A DNA stretch of 63,812 nucleotides, filler included. It is 6 parts of 6 records of this genome, joined end to end, with 100 filler letters (N's around TTAATTAATTAA, not from the genome) between each part and the next. Parts side by side here need not be neighbours in the genome. Positions count along the whole stretch, not along the records: positions 1 to 17,117 come from SRR31156797_13322; 5 more parts are not named here. One strand, written 5' to 3'. This document shows positions 1-9,650 of this stretch, one piece after another. The first letter of the stretch is position 1. Each line of letters starts with the position of its first letter. Under the pieces are notes generated by a model. That model had not been told where the DNA came from, made no database searches, and saw nothing but the letters and a program-made list of their open reading frames with translations. The translations under genes and the position numbers were made by a program.

Positions 1-873
1 ATCTGCAATCGCTGGGGGCTGGATACCATTTCCACGGGTGTGAGCATCGCTTTTGCCATGGAATGTACGGAACGGGGAATCCTGACCCGGGATGATACCG
101 ATGGCATAGACCTTCGTTTCGGAAATGCTGACGGCATGATCAAAATGATTCGGAAAATCGCCTTTCGTGAGGGGTTTGGGGATGTGTTGGCCAAAGGTGT
201 CAAAGGGGCATCCCGAGAGATCGGAAAAGGGAGTGAATCATATGCCATGCATGTAAAAGGCCAGGAAGCCGCCCTTCACGAGCCGCGCGGCAAATATGCC
301 GTCGGGTTCAGTTTTGCCTTGTCTCCCACGGGCGCCGATCATATCGAGGCCCCCCATGACACTTCCTTTGTGGCGGATAACGCCCTCTTGGAGGGTATCA
401 AGCCTCTGGGGGAGATCGAACCCATGCCGGCCACGGAACCGGGTCCCAGAAAGGTCTGCCAATTTGTCCATACGCAGCAGGTTTTCAGTTTTTTTAATTC
501 GTTAGGGGTCTGCAACTTTGCAACCGTACCGTATTCGGCCTATACCCTTAACATGATTTCAGCGCTTGTTGAGGCTATAACCGGTTGGAATACAAGCCTT
601 TTTGAGCTCTTAGAGCTGGGGGAGCGGGGCGTTACCATGGCGCGCATGTTTAATGTGAGAGAAGGCTTTTTACCGGTTGATGATCGGCTTCCGGATCGGT
701 TTTTCGAACCCCTTGATAAGGGGGCGGGCAGCGAGAAAAAACTTAACCGAAAGATCTTCAGTGAAAATCTCAAGCTTTATTACGAGGCCATGGGATGGGA
801 TTCCGGAACGGGTATCCCAACGGACGGCAGGCTTGCCTATCTCCGCCTGGAGTGGCTGATCGGCCTCCGCTGA
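1..873 (+). CDS. Aldehyde ferredoxin oxidoreductase family (W/Mo-pterin), C-terminal part, 5'-truncated
   Basis: Frame is open from base 1 (ICNRWGLDTISTG); motifs GLDTIS, HVKGQE..HEPR, FNVREG, DRLPDRF, YYEAMGWD..GIP. Confidence 0.9.
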   Translation: MCNRWGLDTISTGVSIAFAMECTERGILTRDDTDGIDLRFGNADGMIKMIRKIAFREGFGDVLAKGVKGASREIGKGSESYAMHVKGQEAALHEPRGKYAVGFSFALSPTGADHIEAPHDTSFVADNALLEGIKPLGEIEPMPATEPGPRKVCQFVHTQQVFSFFNSLGVCNFATVPYSAYTLNMISALVEAITGWNTSLFELLELGERGVTMARMFNVREGFLPVDDRLPDRFFEPLDKGAGSEKKLNRKIFSENLKLYYEAMGWDSGTGIPTDGRLAYLRLEWLIGLR

Positions 874-950
874 AACAATCGATCGTTTTTTTGTTGACCT
901 GAATGATTAAAAGCGTGAAGATAGCCCCCGGGCGTTTTGGAGGGTCTCGT

Positions 951-2396
951 TTAACCTTTTATAACACCCATCGGTCTTAGCCTGGCAACCTTGTGGGCCA
1001 AACCGGCTTCGTGAACCACCTCAACGACTTGGGATATGTTCTTGTAGGCTTGCGGCATTTCTTCTTTAAGGGTTCGTTTACCCCTGGATTGAACAAAAAC
1101 GCCTTTATCCTCTAATTCACGATGGATCGCTCGGCCCTTGGCTATTTTGACTGCCTGTGTTCTGCTGAGAGCCCTGCCGGCACCATGGCAGCAGGAGCCG
1201 AAACTCTGTTTCATTGCGTCTTCGGCGCCTGCCAGCACATATGAGTAAGTTCCCATGTCCCCTGGGATCAAAACGGGTTGACCTGTAAATCGGTAGATAT
1301 TCGGCAGAAGGGGGTGCCCCGGAGGGAGGGCACGGGTGGCGCCCTTTCGATGAACGCACAACTCTACCGGCATGCCGTCCACTTGATGTGATTCTTTTTT
1401 GGCAATGTTGTGGCAGACATCATACAATAGGCTCATTCCCAGCGCATCCGGTGTGATGGAAAGGGTTTTCAAGAGTATTTCGCGGGTCCAGTGCATGAGG
1501 ATCTGTCGGTTCGCCCAGGCGTAATTGGCTCCGCATGCCATGGCTGACAGGTAGCGTTTGGCCAGGTCGGATTTCAGGGAAGCGCAGGCCAGCTGTCTAT
1601 CCGGAAGTGAAAAGGGCTGGTGCCCGGTCGAGATTTTTTTGTTCATTTCTTTCAGGAAATCATCGCATATTTGATGACCAAAACCTCTGGAGCCGGTGTG
1701 AATAAATAGGGTCGTCTGCCCTTCAAAAAGATTGAAGCATGCGGCTTTTTCCGGATCATAAATCCGATCAACCTTCTGGATTTCCAGAAAGTGATTGCCT
1801 GATCCAAGGGTGCCCAGCTGGTTGAGACCCCGTTTGACGGCCCGTTCGCTCAGTACGGACGGATCGGCGCCTGAAATGGCGCCACGGTCCTCTGTTTTTT
1901 CAAGATCGGGCGTTGTACCGTAACCCTGTTTGACTGCCCAGGCGGCGCCTTGGGCCGCCACGTCTTTTAGCTTTGATTTGGACAGATGAAGCATCCCTGT
2001 TGATCCCACCCCGGCAGGAATGTCTTTAAACAGGGCGTAAACCATATCTTTTATGATGGGCTGTATCTCATGTGCCTTGAGGCGGGTGGTCATGAGTCGG
2101 CAGCCACAGTTAATATCATAGCCGACTCCGCCCGGTGAAACGATGCCTTCATCCAGGTCAAAGGCGGCAACACCTCCGATGGGAAAACCGTATCCCCAGT
2201 GGATGTCCGGCATGGCCAGGGAGTGGCCGACGATTCCGGGCAGGGTGGCCACGTTGACCACCTGGGTCAGACTTTGGTCCTTCGTAAGGGATGTCATCAT
2301 CCGATCGTTTGAAAAAATCAGGCCCGGGACACGCATGGCACCATTCCTGGGGATCAACCATCGGTATGGATCAATTTTTTCGAGGGTTATGTTCAT
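951..2396 (-). CDS. rtcB: RNA ligase RtcB (archaeal/eukaryote-like type)
   Basis: MPDIHWGYGFPIGG, GYDINCG, GSGNHF, HTGSRG, HNIA, HRKGATRA, HGAGR motifs. Confidence 0.96.
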   Translation of the reverse strand: MNITLEKIDPYRWLIPRNGAMRVPGLIFSNDRMMTSLTKDQSLTQVVNVATLPGIVGHSLAMPDIHWGYGFPIGGVAAFDLDEGIVSPGGVGYDINCGCRLMTTRLKAHEIQPIIKDMVYALFKDIPAGVGSTGMLHLSKSKLKDVAAQGAAWAVKQGYGTTPDLEKTEDRGAISGADPSVLSERAVKRGLNQLGTLGSGNHFLEIQKVDRIYDPEKAACFNLFEGQTTLFIHTGSRGFGHQICDDFLKEMNKKISTGHQPFSLPDRQLACASLKSDLAKRYLSAMACGANYAWANRQILMHWTREILLKTLSITPDALGMSLLYDVCHNIAKKESHQVDGMPVELCVHRKGATRALPPGHPLLPNIYRFTGQPVLIPGDMGTYSYVLAGAEDAMKQSFGSCCHGAGRALSRTQAVKIAKGRAIHRELEDKGVFVQSRGKRTLKEEMPQAYKNISQVVEVVHEAGLAHKVARLRPMGVIKG

Positions 2397-2415
2397 GTGG
2401 CCTCCTCATATGAAA

Positions 2416-2844
2416 TCAGAGGTCGAATATGATCCTGGCGGTCCATAATCCCCCTTTCCGGATGACTTCAATCTGGTGGTACGTGACGGCTTTGATTTCG
2501 GTTGCGATTTCATGCTTTACCGGAGAGAAAGGGATCGCTTTAATTTGAGCATCAAGATGATTCGGGGTGATTTCAAGTATTTTTGTTTGGGTGACCAAGC
2601 GGTTTTCCCCCTCGAAAATATAGAGAATTTCTCCCAGCCAACGAACCATCAGGTCGGGTAGGTCGGACCCCTGTACGGAAATATGGATAGGCTCGCCGGT
2701 TTCTTCAGGTCCCTGCTTCAGCATGATCCGCATCATGGCGTGGGACGCGTTTTGAAACAGCTCCTTGAGATTTGTTCCTGCCACCACAATTCCCAGATCG
2801 GCGGTATGGTCAATGACCTCAAATGTGTGCCTTTTTAAAACCAT
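2416..2844 (-). CDS. Archease (RtcB activator)
   Basis: N-terminal DHTADLG, C-terminal EIKAVTYH...IIFDL; directly upstream of rtcB. Confidence 0.93.
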   Translation of the reverse strand: MVLKRHTFEVIDHTADLGIVVAGTNLKELFQNASHAMMRIMLKQGPEETGEPIHISVQGSDLPDLMVRWLGEILYIFEGENRLVTQTKILEITPNHLDAQIKAIPFSPVKHEIATEIKAVTYHQIEVIRKGGLWTARIIFDL

Positions 2845-2932
2845 ATGAAAAACGTTAGGCTATTAAATGTGTTTTGTCAATTTTTTGTTTAGAATGGAAC
2901 AGGGATGTGATTGCTGATATGGAGGAAGACTG

Positions 2933-3214
2933 ATGAATTGTGCTTTTTGCGGGAAGGAAATAGTACTGGAAGACAAGGTCATGCGGAATGACACGTGCCC
3001 CCAGTGTACAAGGGATTTAAGGTGCTGCAGACAGTGCCAGTTCTTCGACCATCATGCCTATAACGAATGCAAGGAAGTGATGGCGGAGCGGATTACGGAC
3101 AAAGAGCGGTCCAATTTCTGCGGATATTACAGGCCCAGAGGAACCCCGGCACAAAAGGGGCGCAGGGATGGGGACGCAAGGGCAGCCCTGGAGGCCCTTT
3201 TCAAGAAAAAATAG
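2933..3214 (+). CDS. Small Cys-rich (putative Zn-binding) conserved hypothetical protein
   Basis: CAFC...CPQC...CCRQC.F...C...NFC.Y; GGAGG RBS upstream. Confidence 0.75.
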   Translation: MNCAFCGKEIVLEDKVMRNDTCPQCTRDLRCCRQCQFFDHHAYNECKEVMAERITDKERSNFCGYYRPRGTPAQKGRRDGDARAALEALFKKK

Positions 3215-3250
3215 GAGACTTTTTTCAAGTTTTATCAATAGGGTGAGGGG

Positions 3251-4588
3251 TCAAAAACTGGGAACATGACGCCTCGGACTTACTTGGATCATCCCTGTCT
3301 GGCGGCCGGCAGCTTTTTCAATCGCTTTTTTGAGGCAACGGACCATGGATTTCATGTTGGATCCTTTCCGGTTAAAAAAGACGGCAAAATAGCATGAACC
3401 CAGGAGTTGGCTTTCGATATATCCGGCCTGCGTTCTGACGCCGCGAAGCGAGCCCGTTTTGTAGCGTACTCGGTCCTGACTTTTGAGAAGATCCCTGTAC
3501 GGTTTGAATTTTTCCAGAATTGCCAGCATATCGTATGCGGAAAGATGGTTTTTTCTCGATAAACCGGAGCCTTCAACGATTTTGATATGCTTCAGGCCCA
3601 GCTCTTTTTTGATGTAGGTCTGTGTGGCACGCACCCCTTTGGAAAGGGTGCCCGGCGGCCCGTAAACCGATGCTCCGAGTGCCACAAAAATCTGGTTGGC
3701 CATAAAGTTGCTGGAAGAGTGAAGCATTTTTTCTACAACGGTTTCCATTGTGTATGTGGACCTGTGGGTGAAAATGAGGGTGTCTTCAGGGGAAACCGAA
3801 CCCAAACGGATGGTCCCGCTGGTTTTGACCCCTCTTTTTTTCAGAAGATATCGAAGTAATTCTCCCACATAAAGGGCCGCCTCTCTTGAATTGTGGGTAA
3901 AGGTTCGCCTGCCGCTTTTGAGGCCCAGGGTTCGGATTTGATGCACCATGAAAGGGGTCATGGGTGTCTGTTTCTCGGTGGAATAAATCCTCCCGTTTTT
4001 TTTCCGTTTAAAGGCCACCGTATTAAAATTTGCACACAAGGCGCCGATGGGTGCATCATAGGGATTTGTGGTGTTATCACATCCGGGTACCATGATTCGG
4101 GCGGCAAAATAGGTGTTGTCCAGAATGATGTTCTGAACGGAATCGATTTTTCCAGCCAGTATAACCGCTATCTGGTACAGGACTTCGGATATGAGGAGCG
4201 GATCGCCATATCCTTTGATCTTCAGATTGCCATGGGCATCCAGGTAGAATCCGGTTCTGAATCGGTGAAAAGGACCAAAATGGCTGAGCGCAGCCAGTGC
4301 TGTTAACACCTTGAGGGTTGATGCGGGAACACGCTGTTTTTGGGCGTTCTTTTCAAAAAGCACCTTCCCCTGGGGCGTGGCCACCAGGAAAGAATCGGTG
4401 GATTTGACCTGGTTTTTGCATGGAATGCGTTTCCCAGCTGTTGAGATTGGGGGATAAAGGAGAAAAAGAACCTGAACCAATAATGCCATACAAAGAAGGG
4501 TTATCAAATTTTTGCCGGTGGGCTTTTCATGGGGTGTCCGGCGTTGTGTCAGGTTCTCCATCTGTTTTCTCTTATCCCTTCGGGTCAA
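3251..4588 (-). CDS. dacB: D-alanyl-D-alanine carboxypeptidase/endopeptidase (PBP4, peptidase S13); true start probably downstream
   Basis: PASTLK (SxxK), GYGDP, SSN (SxN), EGSGLSRKN, KTG; hydrophobic signal segment. Confidence 0.88.
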   Translation of the reverse strand: MTRRDKRKQMENLTQRRTPHEKPTGKNLITLLCMALLVQVLFLLYPPISTAGKRIPCKNQVKSTDSFLVATPQGKVLFEKNAQKQRVPASTLKVLTALAALSHFGPFHRFRTGFYLDAHGNLKIKGYGDPLLISEVLYQIAVILAGKIDSVQNIILDNTYFAARIMVPGCDNTTNPYDAPIGALCANFNTVAFKRKKNGRIYSTEKQTPMTPFMVHQIRTLGLKSGRRTFTHNSREAALYVGELLRYLLKKRGVKTSGTIRLGSVSPEDTLIFTHRSTYTMETVVEKMLHSSSNFMANQIFVALGASVYGPPGTLSKGVRATQTYIKKELGLKHIKIVEGSGLSRKNHLSAYDMLAILEKFKPYRDLLKSQDRVRYKTGSLRGVRTQAGYIESQLLGSCYFAVFFNRKGSNMKSMVRCLKKAIEKAAGRQTGMIQVSPRRHVPSF

Positions 4589-4648
4589 AGCCGTAATCGT
4601 TTCGGTGAGGTGTCATGCCACTGTGTTATTTATGTGGTGGCTTTATTT

Positions 4649-4900
4649 TCAGGTGGTCGGCATGTTTCGTTCAAGCTGATTTTTGATGAATTCGATTTTG
4701 TCTGCAACGGATTTTCGCTTTTCAATAAAGAGGTGATATTCTCCGTTGAGAGCGCACAGGCCGCCATTGAGCCGTAATCCGGCGGCTTCAAGCCGGTCAT
4801 AATGAACGTGTATCCCCCTGGCTGCGGCGGCATTTTCCAGCGCCGTCAGTTTTCGCAATAAGATCGGAGAGGAGGCTCTTCCCTTTTTCTTTTTTTTCAT
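4649..4900 (-). CDS. Small conserved hypothetical protein
   Basis: Co-oriented with dacB; LE..A...GI.V.Y...GGLC.L.G pattern; start taken at ATG 4900. Confidence 0.6.
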   Translation of the reverse strand: MKKKKKGRASSPILLRKLTALENAAAARGIHVHYDRLEAAGLRLNGGLCALNGEYHLFIEKRKSVADKIEFIKNQLERNMPTT

Positions 4901-5047
4901 GGTTGATTTCCTAAGCCTTGACCTCGGTTTCAATCATAAAGTATAGCTGTTCTCAAATCAAGGATGTGTTTTTTTAATCCAATTGGCGCAATGGTGAGAC
5001 CTTTGAAAAAGGTCCCCTTTTGCGAAGGTTTCACGGAGGAGATAGCC

Positions 5048-5953
5048 TTGCCATCCCATTTTGAATCCATAGAGCAGGTAATTGCGGAATTGGCCCGGGG
5101 ACGTTATGTGGCGGATCGGGCCCTGGCCACGGTGCTTTTTTTGGCCCACAACCTCGAAAAACCCATTTTTCTGGAAGGGGAACCGGGGGTGGGTAAAACG
5201 GAAGTGGCCGTTGTCATGTCTCAACTTTTTCAAACGGATTTGATCCGCCTTCAGTGCTATGAAGGCCTGGATTCTTCAACGGCCCTTTATGAATGGAATT
5301 ACCCGAAGCAGCTTTTGCACATCAGGCTTGAAGAACGGGGAGAAAAGAAGAAGGATGAAATTGAGGCGATGATTTACCGGCCCGAATTCCTTCTGGAACG
5401 TCCCCTGCTGGAAGCCATTCGAAAATCCGATGAAAAAGCCCCTGTTCTCCTCATTGATGAAATTGACCGATCCGATGAAGAATTTGAGGCATTTCTTCTG
5501 GAGGTGCTGTCCGATTTTCAGATCACCATTCCCGAAATCGGGACATTGAAAGCCGGAAAGAAGCCCATGGTGGTGGTGACCTCAAATCGCACCCGGGATG
5601 TTCACGATGCCCTGAAGCGGCGATGCCTGTACCACTGGATTGACTACCCTTCCCTTGAAAAGGAGTACGAGATCATTATGGCACGCCTGCCGGGTATTGA
5701 ATCACGGTTTGCCCGGCAGGTAACCCGTTTCATGCAGAAAATCCGAACCTTTGATTTTTTGAAAAAACCGGGTGTTTCCGAGACCCTTGACTGGGCCAGG
5801 GCCCTGATGTCCATGGAAAAAGCATATTTGGATGAAGATGTGGTGGAGGATACCCTGGGATGCTTTCTCAAGTACCAGGAGGATATTGGGCGTTTCAACC
5901 GGGAGATCTGGGCTGATGCCGACCTTCGGGCTGAATATCTGGAAGCCCCTTGA
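5048..5953 (+). CDS. MoxR-family AAA+ ATPase, CoxD-like
   Basis: Walker A GEPGVGKT, RLQCYEG, Walker B LLIDEIDR, TSNRTRDVHDALKRRC; TTG start after GGAGGAG RBS. Confidence 0.92.
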   Translation: MPSHFESIEQVIAELARGRYVADRALATVLFLAHNLEKPIFLEGEPGVGKTEVAVVMSQLFQTDLIRLQCYEGLDSSTALYEWNYPKQLLHIRLEERGEKKKDEIEAMIYRPEFLLERPLLEAIRKSDEKAPVLLIDEIDRSDEEFEAFLLEVLSDFQITIPEIGTLKAGKKPMVVVTSNRTRDVHDALKRRCLYHWIDYPSLEKEYEIIMARLPGIESRFARQVTRFMQKIRTFDFLKKPGVSETLDWARALMSMEKAYLDEDVVEDTLGCFLKYQEDIGRFNREIWADADLRAEYLEAP

Positions 5954-5965
5954 GGCAGGAATGCG

Positions 5966-7156
5966 GTGTCACTCCATTTTGACGGTGTATTGATGACATG
6001 TAAAAATGATGGTCTCGTAAACCGCATTATCGCTTTTGCGGCTTTTCTCAGGGATCGCGGTTTCAGGGTCTTTCAGAGCGGTATTCAGGATGCCTTGAGG
6101 GGACTTGAGGTGATTGACCTTGAAAACAGAGCGGACTTTTTCTTTTGTCTCCGTTCCAACCTGGCGACCACCGACCTGGAATGGGGTCAGTTTGAAACCC
6201 TGTTTGAGGAATTCTGGGGCCGGACGGACGAGGTGGTTCAAGAGGCGGAAAATGAGCAGCAGCGGCCCGAACCGGATGCCCGGAACAGGGGCGAAGGTGA
6301 GGAATGCCGACCGGAAGCACAAACCGAAGCGCCGAATGATGACAAGCCTCCCGGAGACAGGGAGTACCTTGAAGGTGTGGCCTACAGCCCCGTTGTATCC
6401 GCGGTTGAAAAAAAAGATCTGGGCCGTTTTAACCAGGCCGATGTTCAGGTGGCCAACCTGGCGCTCAAAAAGATGATGGAGCCATTTAAGGTTGAGAGAT
6501 CAAGACGTTCCATGAGGTCACGAAAATCCGGGGGAATGGACTTTCAACGCATTATCAGGAGCAGCCTCAAAACCGGCGGAATCCCTTTTGAACTCTTTTT
6601 CAAACGGAAAAAAATGCGCCTTAAGCGTCTGGTGATCCTGGCCGATGTGAGCGGTTCCATGGATCGGTATGCCCAATTTGTCATGCCCTTCCTGCTGGGT
6701 CTCCGGGGTATCGGGTCCAGGGCTGAAGTGTTTGTGTTTTCAACCTCACTGACCTCCATTACCTTCAGGGTCCGCCATATGAGTTTTGAAAAAGTCATTT
6801 CCCGCTTGGCCCACGAAGTACCCGATTGGTCCGGGGGGACCCGCATCGGGTTTTCCTTCCATCAATTTAACGAAATCCATGGCCAACGGCTCCTCAGCCA
6901 GAGGACCGTTGTGGTGGTATTGAGTGACGGATGGGACCTGGGGGCCAAAGTCCTTCTGAGAAAGGAAATGGAACACTTGAGCCGCAATTGCCACAAGGTG
7001 ATCTGGCTGAATCCCCTGGCGGGAGATCCGGATTATGAACCCCTCTGCCGGGGGATGAACACGGCGCTACCGTACGTGGATCATTTCATGGCAGCGGACA
7101 GCCTGCAGAGCCTCAAAAGGGTCGGGAGACTCCTTTCACGGGTGATGGTGCATTAG
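5966..7156 (+). CDS. VWA-domain protein, CoxE-like
   Basis: MIDAS DVSGSM, WSGGTRIG, SDGWD, WLNPL; follows the MoxR ATPase. Confidence 0.92.
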   Translation: MSLHFDGVLMTCKNDGLVNRIIAFAAFLRDRGFRVFQSGIQDALRGLEVIDLENRADFFFCLRSNLATTDLEWGQFETLFEEFWGRTDEVVQEAENEQQRPEPDARNRGEGEECRPEAQTEAPNDDKPPGDREYLEGVAYSPVVSAVEKKDLGRFNQADVQVANLALKKMMEPFKVERSRRSMRSRKSGGMDFQRIIRSSLKTGGIPFELFFKRKKMRLKRLVILADVSGSMDRYAQFVMPFLLGLRGIGSRAEVFVFSTSLTSITFRVRHMSFEKVISRLAHEVPDWSGGTRIGFSFHQFNEIHGQRLLSQRTVVVVLSDGWDLGAKVLLRKEMEHLSRNCHKVIWLNPLAGDPDYEPLCRGMNTALPYVDHFMAADSLQSLKRVGRLLSRVMVH

Positions 7157-7199
7157 ATCCCATTGCCCGGGGGCATGGGCCGGACATCAATTCTCCTGT

Positions 7200-9575
7200 T
7201 CAGCTACCATTCCGAACCTTCACCCGGTTGCGACCTGTCTCTTTGGCCCGGTAGAGCGCTTCATCGGCCCGGTCGATCAGTTTTCGAATGGAATCATCGG
7301 CGCCGGATCTGTTTTGGGTAACCCCGATACTGACGGTTATTTGAATGGGGCCGGTCCGCCATTGCACCCGATTCTCCATTACCATCCGGCGCAGTCTTTC
7401 GCAGGCAATCCGTGCCCCATCGAGATCGGTTTCCGGTAGAATTACCGCAAATTCCTCGCCCCCGTACCGACATGGGAGATCGGTCTGTCGCGACCATTCC
7501 CTGAGAATTCTGCCCACATCCGCCAGCACAAGATCACCCGCCGTATGTCCCAGTTTGTCATTCACCCGTTTGAAAAAATCGAGATCCATCATACAGAGGG
7601 AGAGGTCCTTGCCATGCCGTTCAGCCCGTGCCCGTTCCCGCTCCAACGCCTCCATGAAATATCGCCGATTGTAAAGGCCGGTCAGTTCATCCAAGGTGGC
7701 CATCTCTGAAATCTTCCCCTGGGCCGTACGGATCTCTCTTTTGAGCTTCCCCTTTTCCATGACATTCCGGAAGCATGCGGCAATGCTTTCCCGGTGAAAA
7801 TGGGATTTGGTCAGATAATCATCGGCCCCCTCCTGGATCAGGCGCGAGGCCACCATTTCATCCCCCTGGCCGGTCAATATGACCAGGGGGAGGTCCTTAT
7901 TGTCCGCCCTCACGGCTCTTATAAAATCAAACCCGTCACCACCGGGCAGCAGATAGTCCAGCAACACCAGATCCGGTGAAATTTCCTCCACCAGGCGTAA
8001 ACCGTCTTTCAAAGTTTTGGCTCGGCTCAAGATGATGCCATCGATGCTCTCCAAAACCGATTCAATTCGGCGATAATCCTCATGGGAATCTTCAATGGAC
8101 AAAACATGCAGTTTTTGTTCAATGTTCACAGTCTTGCCCCTGGACCCATAAGACTTGGTATCGTAGCGGCGAAGGTTTTGAATCTTCTTAACGGTATCCC
8201 CGATCCGTCGCCCCGCCTCTTCGATTTGCTCCATACAAAGGGTCACTTCCTTTGAATCATGAGTGGCCCGCATTAAATCAATATTGCCCAGCAGCACCGA
8301 AAGGGGTTGATTCAGTTCATGGGCTGTTGCGCCGGACATCTGCAGCAGAACCTTCAAACGTTCCTCTTCAATCAGTTTTTCCTGTTGTTCCAGAATCTTT
8401 TCATTGGCGCTTTTGAGGTCCTCTTCCATTTTTTTGCGGGCGGTAATATCCCGAATGGCGGCAAGACATGCCTTTTTCTCTTCCCACTGGATCTCGACGG
8501 TCCGCATCTCTCCCACCTTCACGGTGCCGTCTCCCTTGATGATGTCCAGTTCGGAGGTTTCACCGGCCAGAAGGGGAAACCCGAAGGAGGATCCCACGAA
8601 ATCCTCCATATTGCGGCCAAATATTTTTTCAGCCGCGGGATTTACCATTTGAACAATCCCATCCGCATCCGCCAGGATCACCGCGTCACTAAAGCGGTTA
8701 ATGATCCGCCATAGGCGTTCCTCGCCTGCCTTGCGGGCGTTGTATGCGTGCCTGATCCGGGTGACGTCGGTCATGATCAGGGTGGTATGCCCCCTATCGG
8801 AGGGATAGGACAGAACCGCCATGGAAAAGAGTCGATCGTTCAAGATAAATGGGTCGTCATCAGGGATGGAAAAGGGTTTAGGGCGTTGCGGTGTCAAGAG
8901 GTCCATAAGGCGGGCGCGTTCGTCTTCATGAATCAGGGAAACAAAGGGGAGGCCCAGCATTTCCACATCCGATTTTTTGAAAAAAGAAGCCGCCGCCTTA
9001 TTGACAAACAAAATTCGACCATCGGAACTGAGTTCCAAAATGCCCTGGCGCATGTTCTCCAAAATCATGTTGAAATGCCGGTTGGAAGAGAGGAGTTCGA
9101 TAGTCATCTTCCTGGGGTGGATATCATCGGTCCCCATAATTTCGCCACGCCGGCATCGTGCCGCTACGCCTTTTGGGTCATGAAGAATCTGCTCCACATG
9201 GTCGGCCATTCGCGAGACGGGACCTTTGGCCAGCAGCGCATCCGCGCCCAATTGTCCCATTTCCGGAGACTCCTCCAAAAGAATGCCTGAAAAGATGACA
9301 ATATAAGCGGACTTCAACGCATCCTTTTTCCGAATGATCCGGCAAAGGCGCTTTCCATCCATATCCGGCAGGACAATATCCAAAAAAATCATATGGGGGC
9401 GGTAAAAATGGAGCATATCCAGGGCGGAAAGTCCATCCCTGGCCGTCCGTACCTCGTGGCCGGCAGCCGAGATGATCCGCTCCATGAATTGACGGATCAC
9501 GGCATCGTCATCAATCACCAGAATCTTTTGTCGTTTATGGGTCATGGCCTGCAACTTTGCTTCCGCTCCGTTCAT
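7200..9575 (-). CDS. Diguanylate cyclase, REC-PAS-PAS-HisKA-REC-GGDEF
   Basis: Two receiver domains (FLDIVLPDMDG, LLDYLLPGGDG), PAS-like segments, H-box AHELNQPL, DELTGLYNRR, I-site RQTD, GGEEF. Confidence 0.9.
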   Translation of the reverse strand: MNGAEAKLQAMTHKRQKILVIDDDAVIRQFMERIISAAGHEVRTARDGLSALDMLHFYRPHMIFLDIVLPDMDGKRLCRIIRKKDALKSAYIVIFSGILLEESPEMGQLGADALLAKGPVSRMADHVEQILHDPKGVAARCRRGEIMGTDDIHPRKMTIELLSSNRHFNMILENMRQGILELSSDGRILFVNKAAASFFKKSDVEMLGLPFVSLIHEDERARLMDLLTPQRPKPFSIPDDDPFILNDRLFSMAVLSYPSDRGHTTLIMTDVTRIRHAYNARKAGEERLWRIINRFSDAVILADADGIVQMVNPAAEKIFGRNMEDFVGSSFGFPLLAGETSELDIIKGDGTVKVGEMRTVEIQWEEKKACLAAIRDITARKKMEEDLKSANEKILEQQEKLIEEERLKVLLQMSGATAHELNQPLSVLLGNIDLMRATHDSKEVTLCMEQIEEAGRRIGDTVKKIQNLRRYDTKSYGSRGKTVNIEQKLHVLSIEDSHEDYRRIESVLESIDGIILSRAKTLKDGLRLVEEISPDLVLLDYLLPGGDGFDFIRAVRADNKDLPLVILTGQGDEMVASRLIQEGADDYLTKSHFHRESIAACFRNVMEKGKLKREIRTAQGKISEMATLDELTGLYNRRYFMEALERERARAERHGKDLSLCMMDLDFFKRVNDKLGHTAGDLVLADVGRILREWSRQTDLPCRYGGEEFAVILPETDLDGARIACERLRRMVMENRVQWRTGPIQITVSIGVTQNRSGADDSIRKLIDRADEALYRAKETGRNRVKVRNGS

Positions 9576-9650
9576 TTAAGAGCTGTCTGTAATCACGCAA
9601 CTGCAAAAGATAAGGAGGCGCTTCGCCGTGAAAAACATTTACGTATATGT

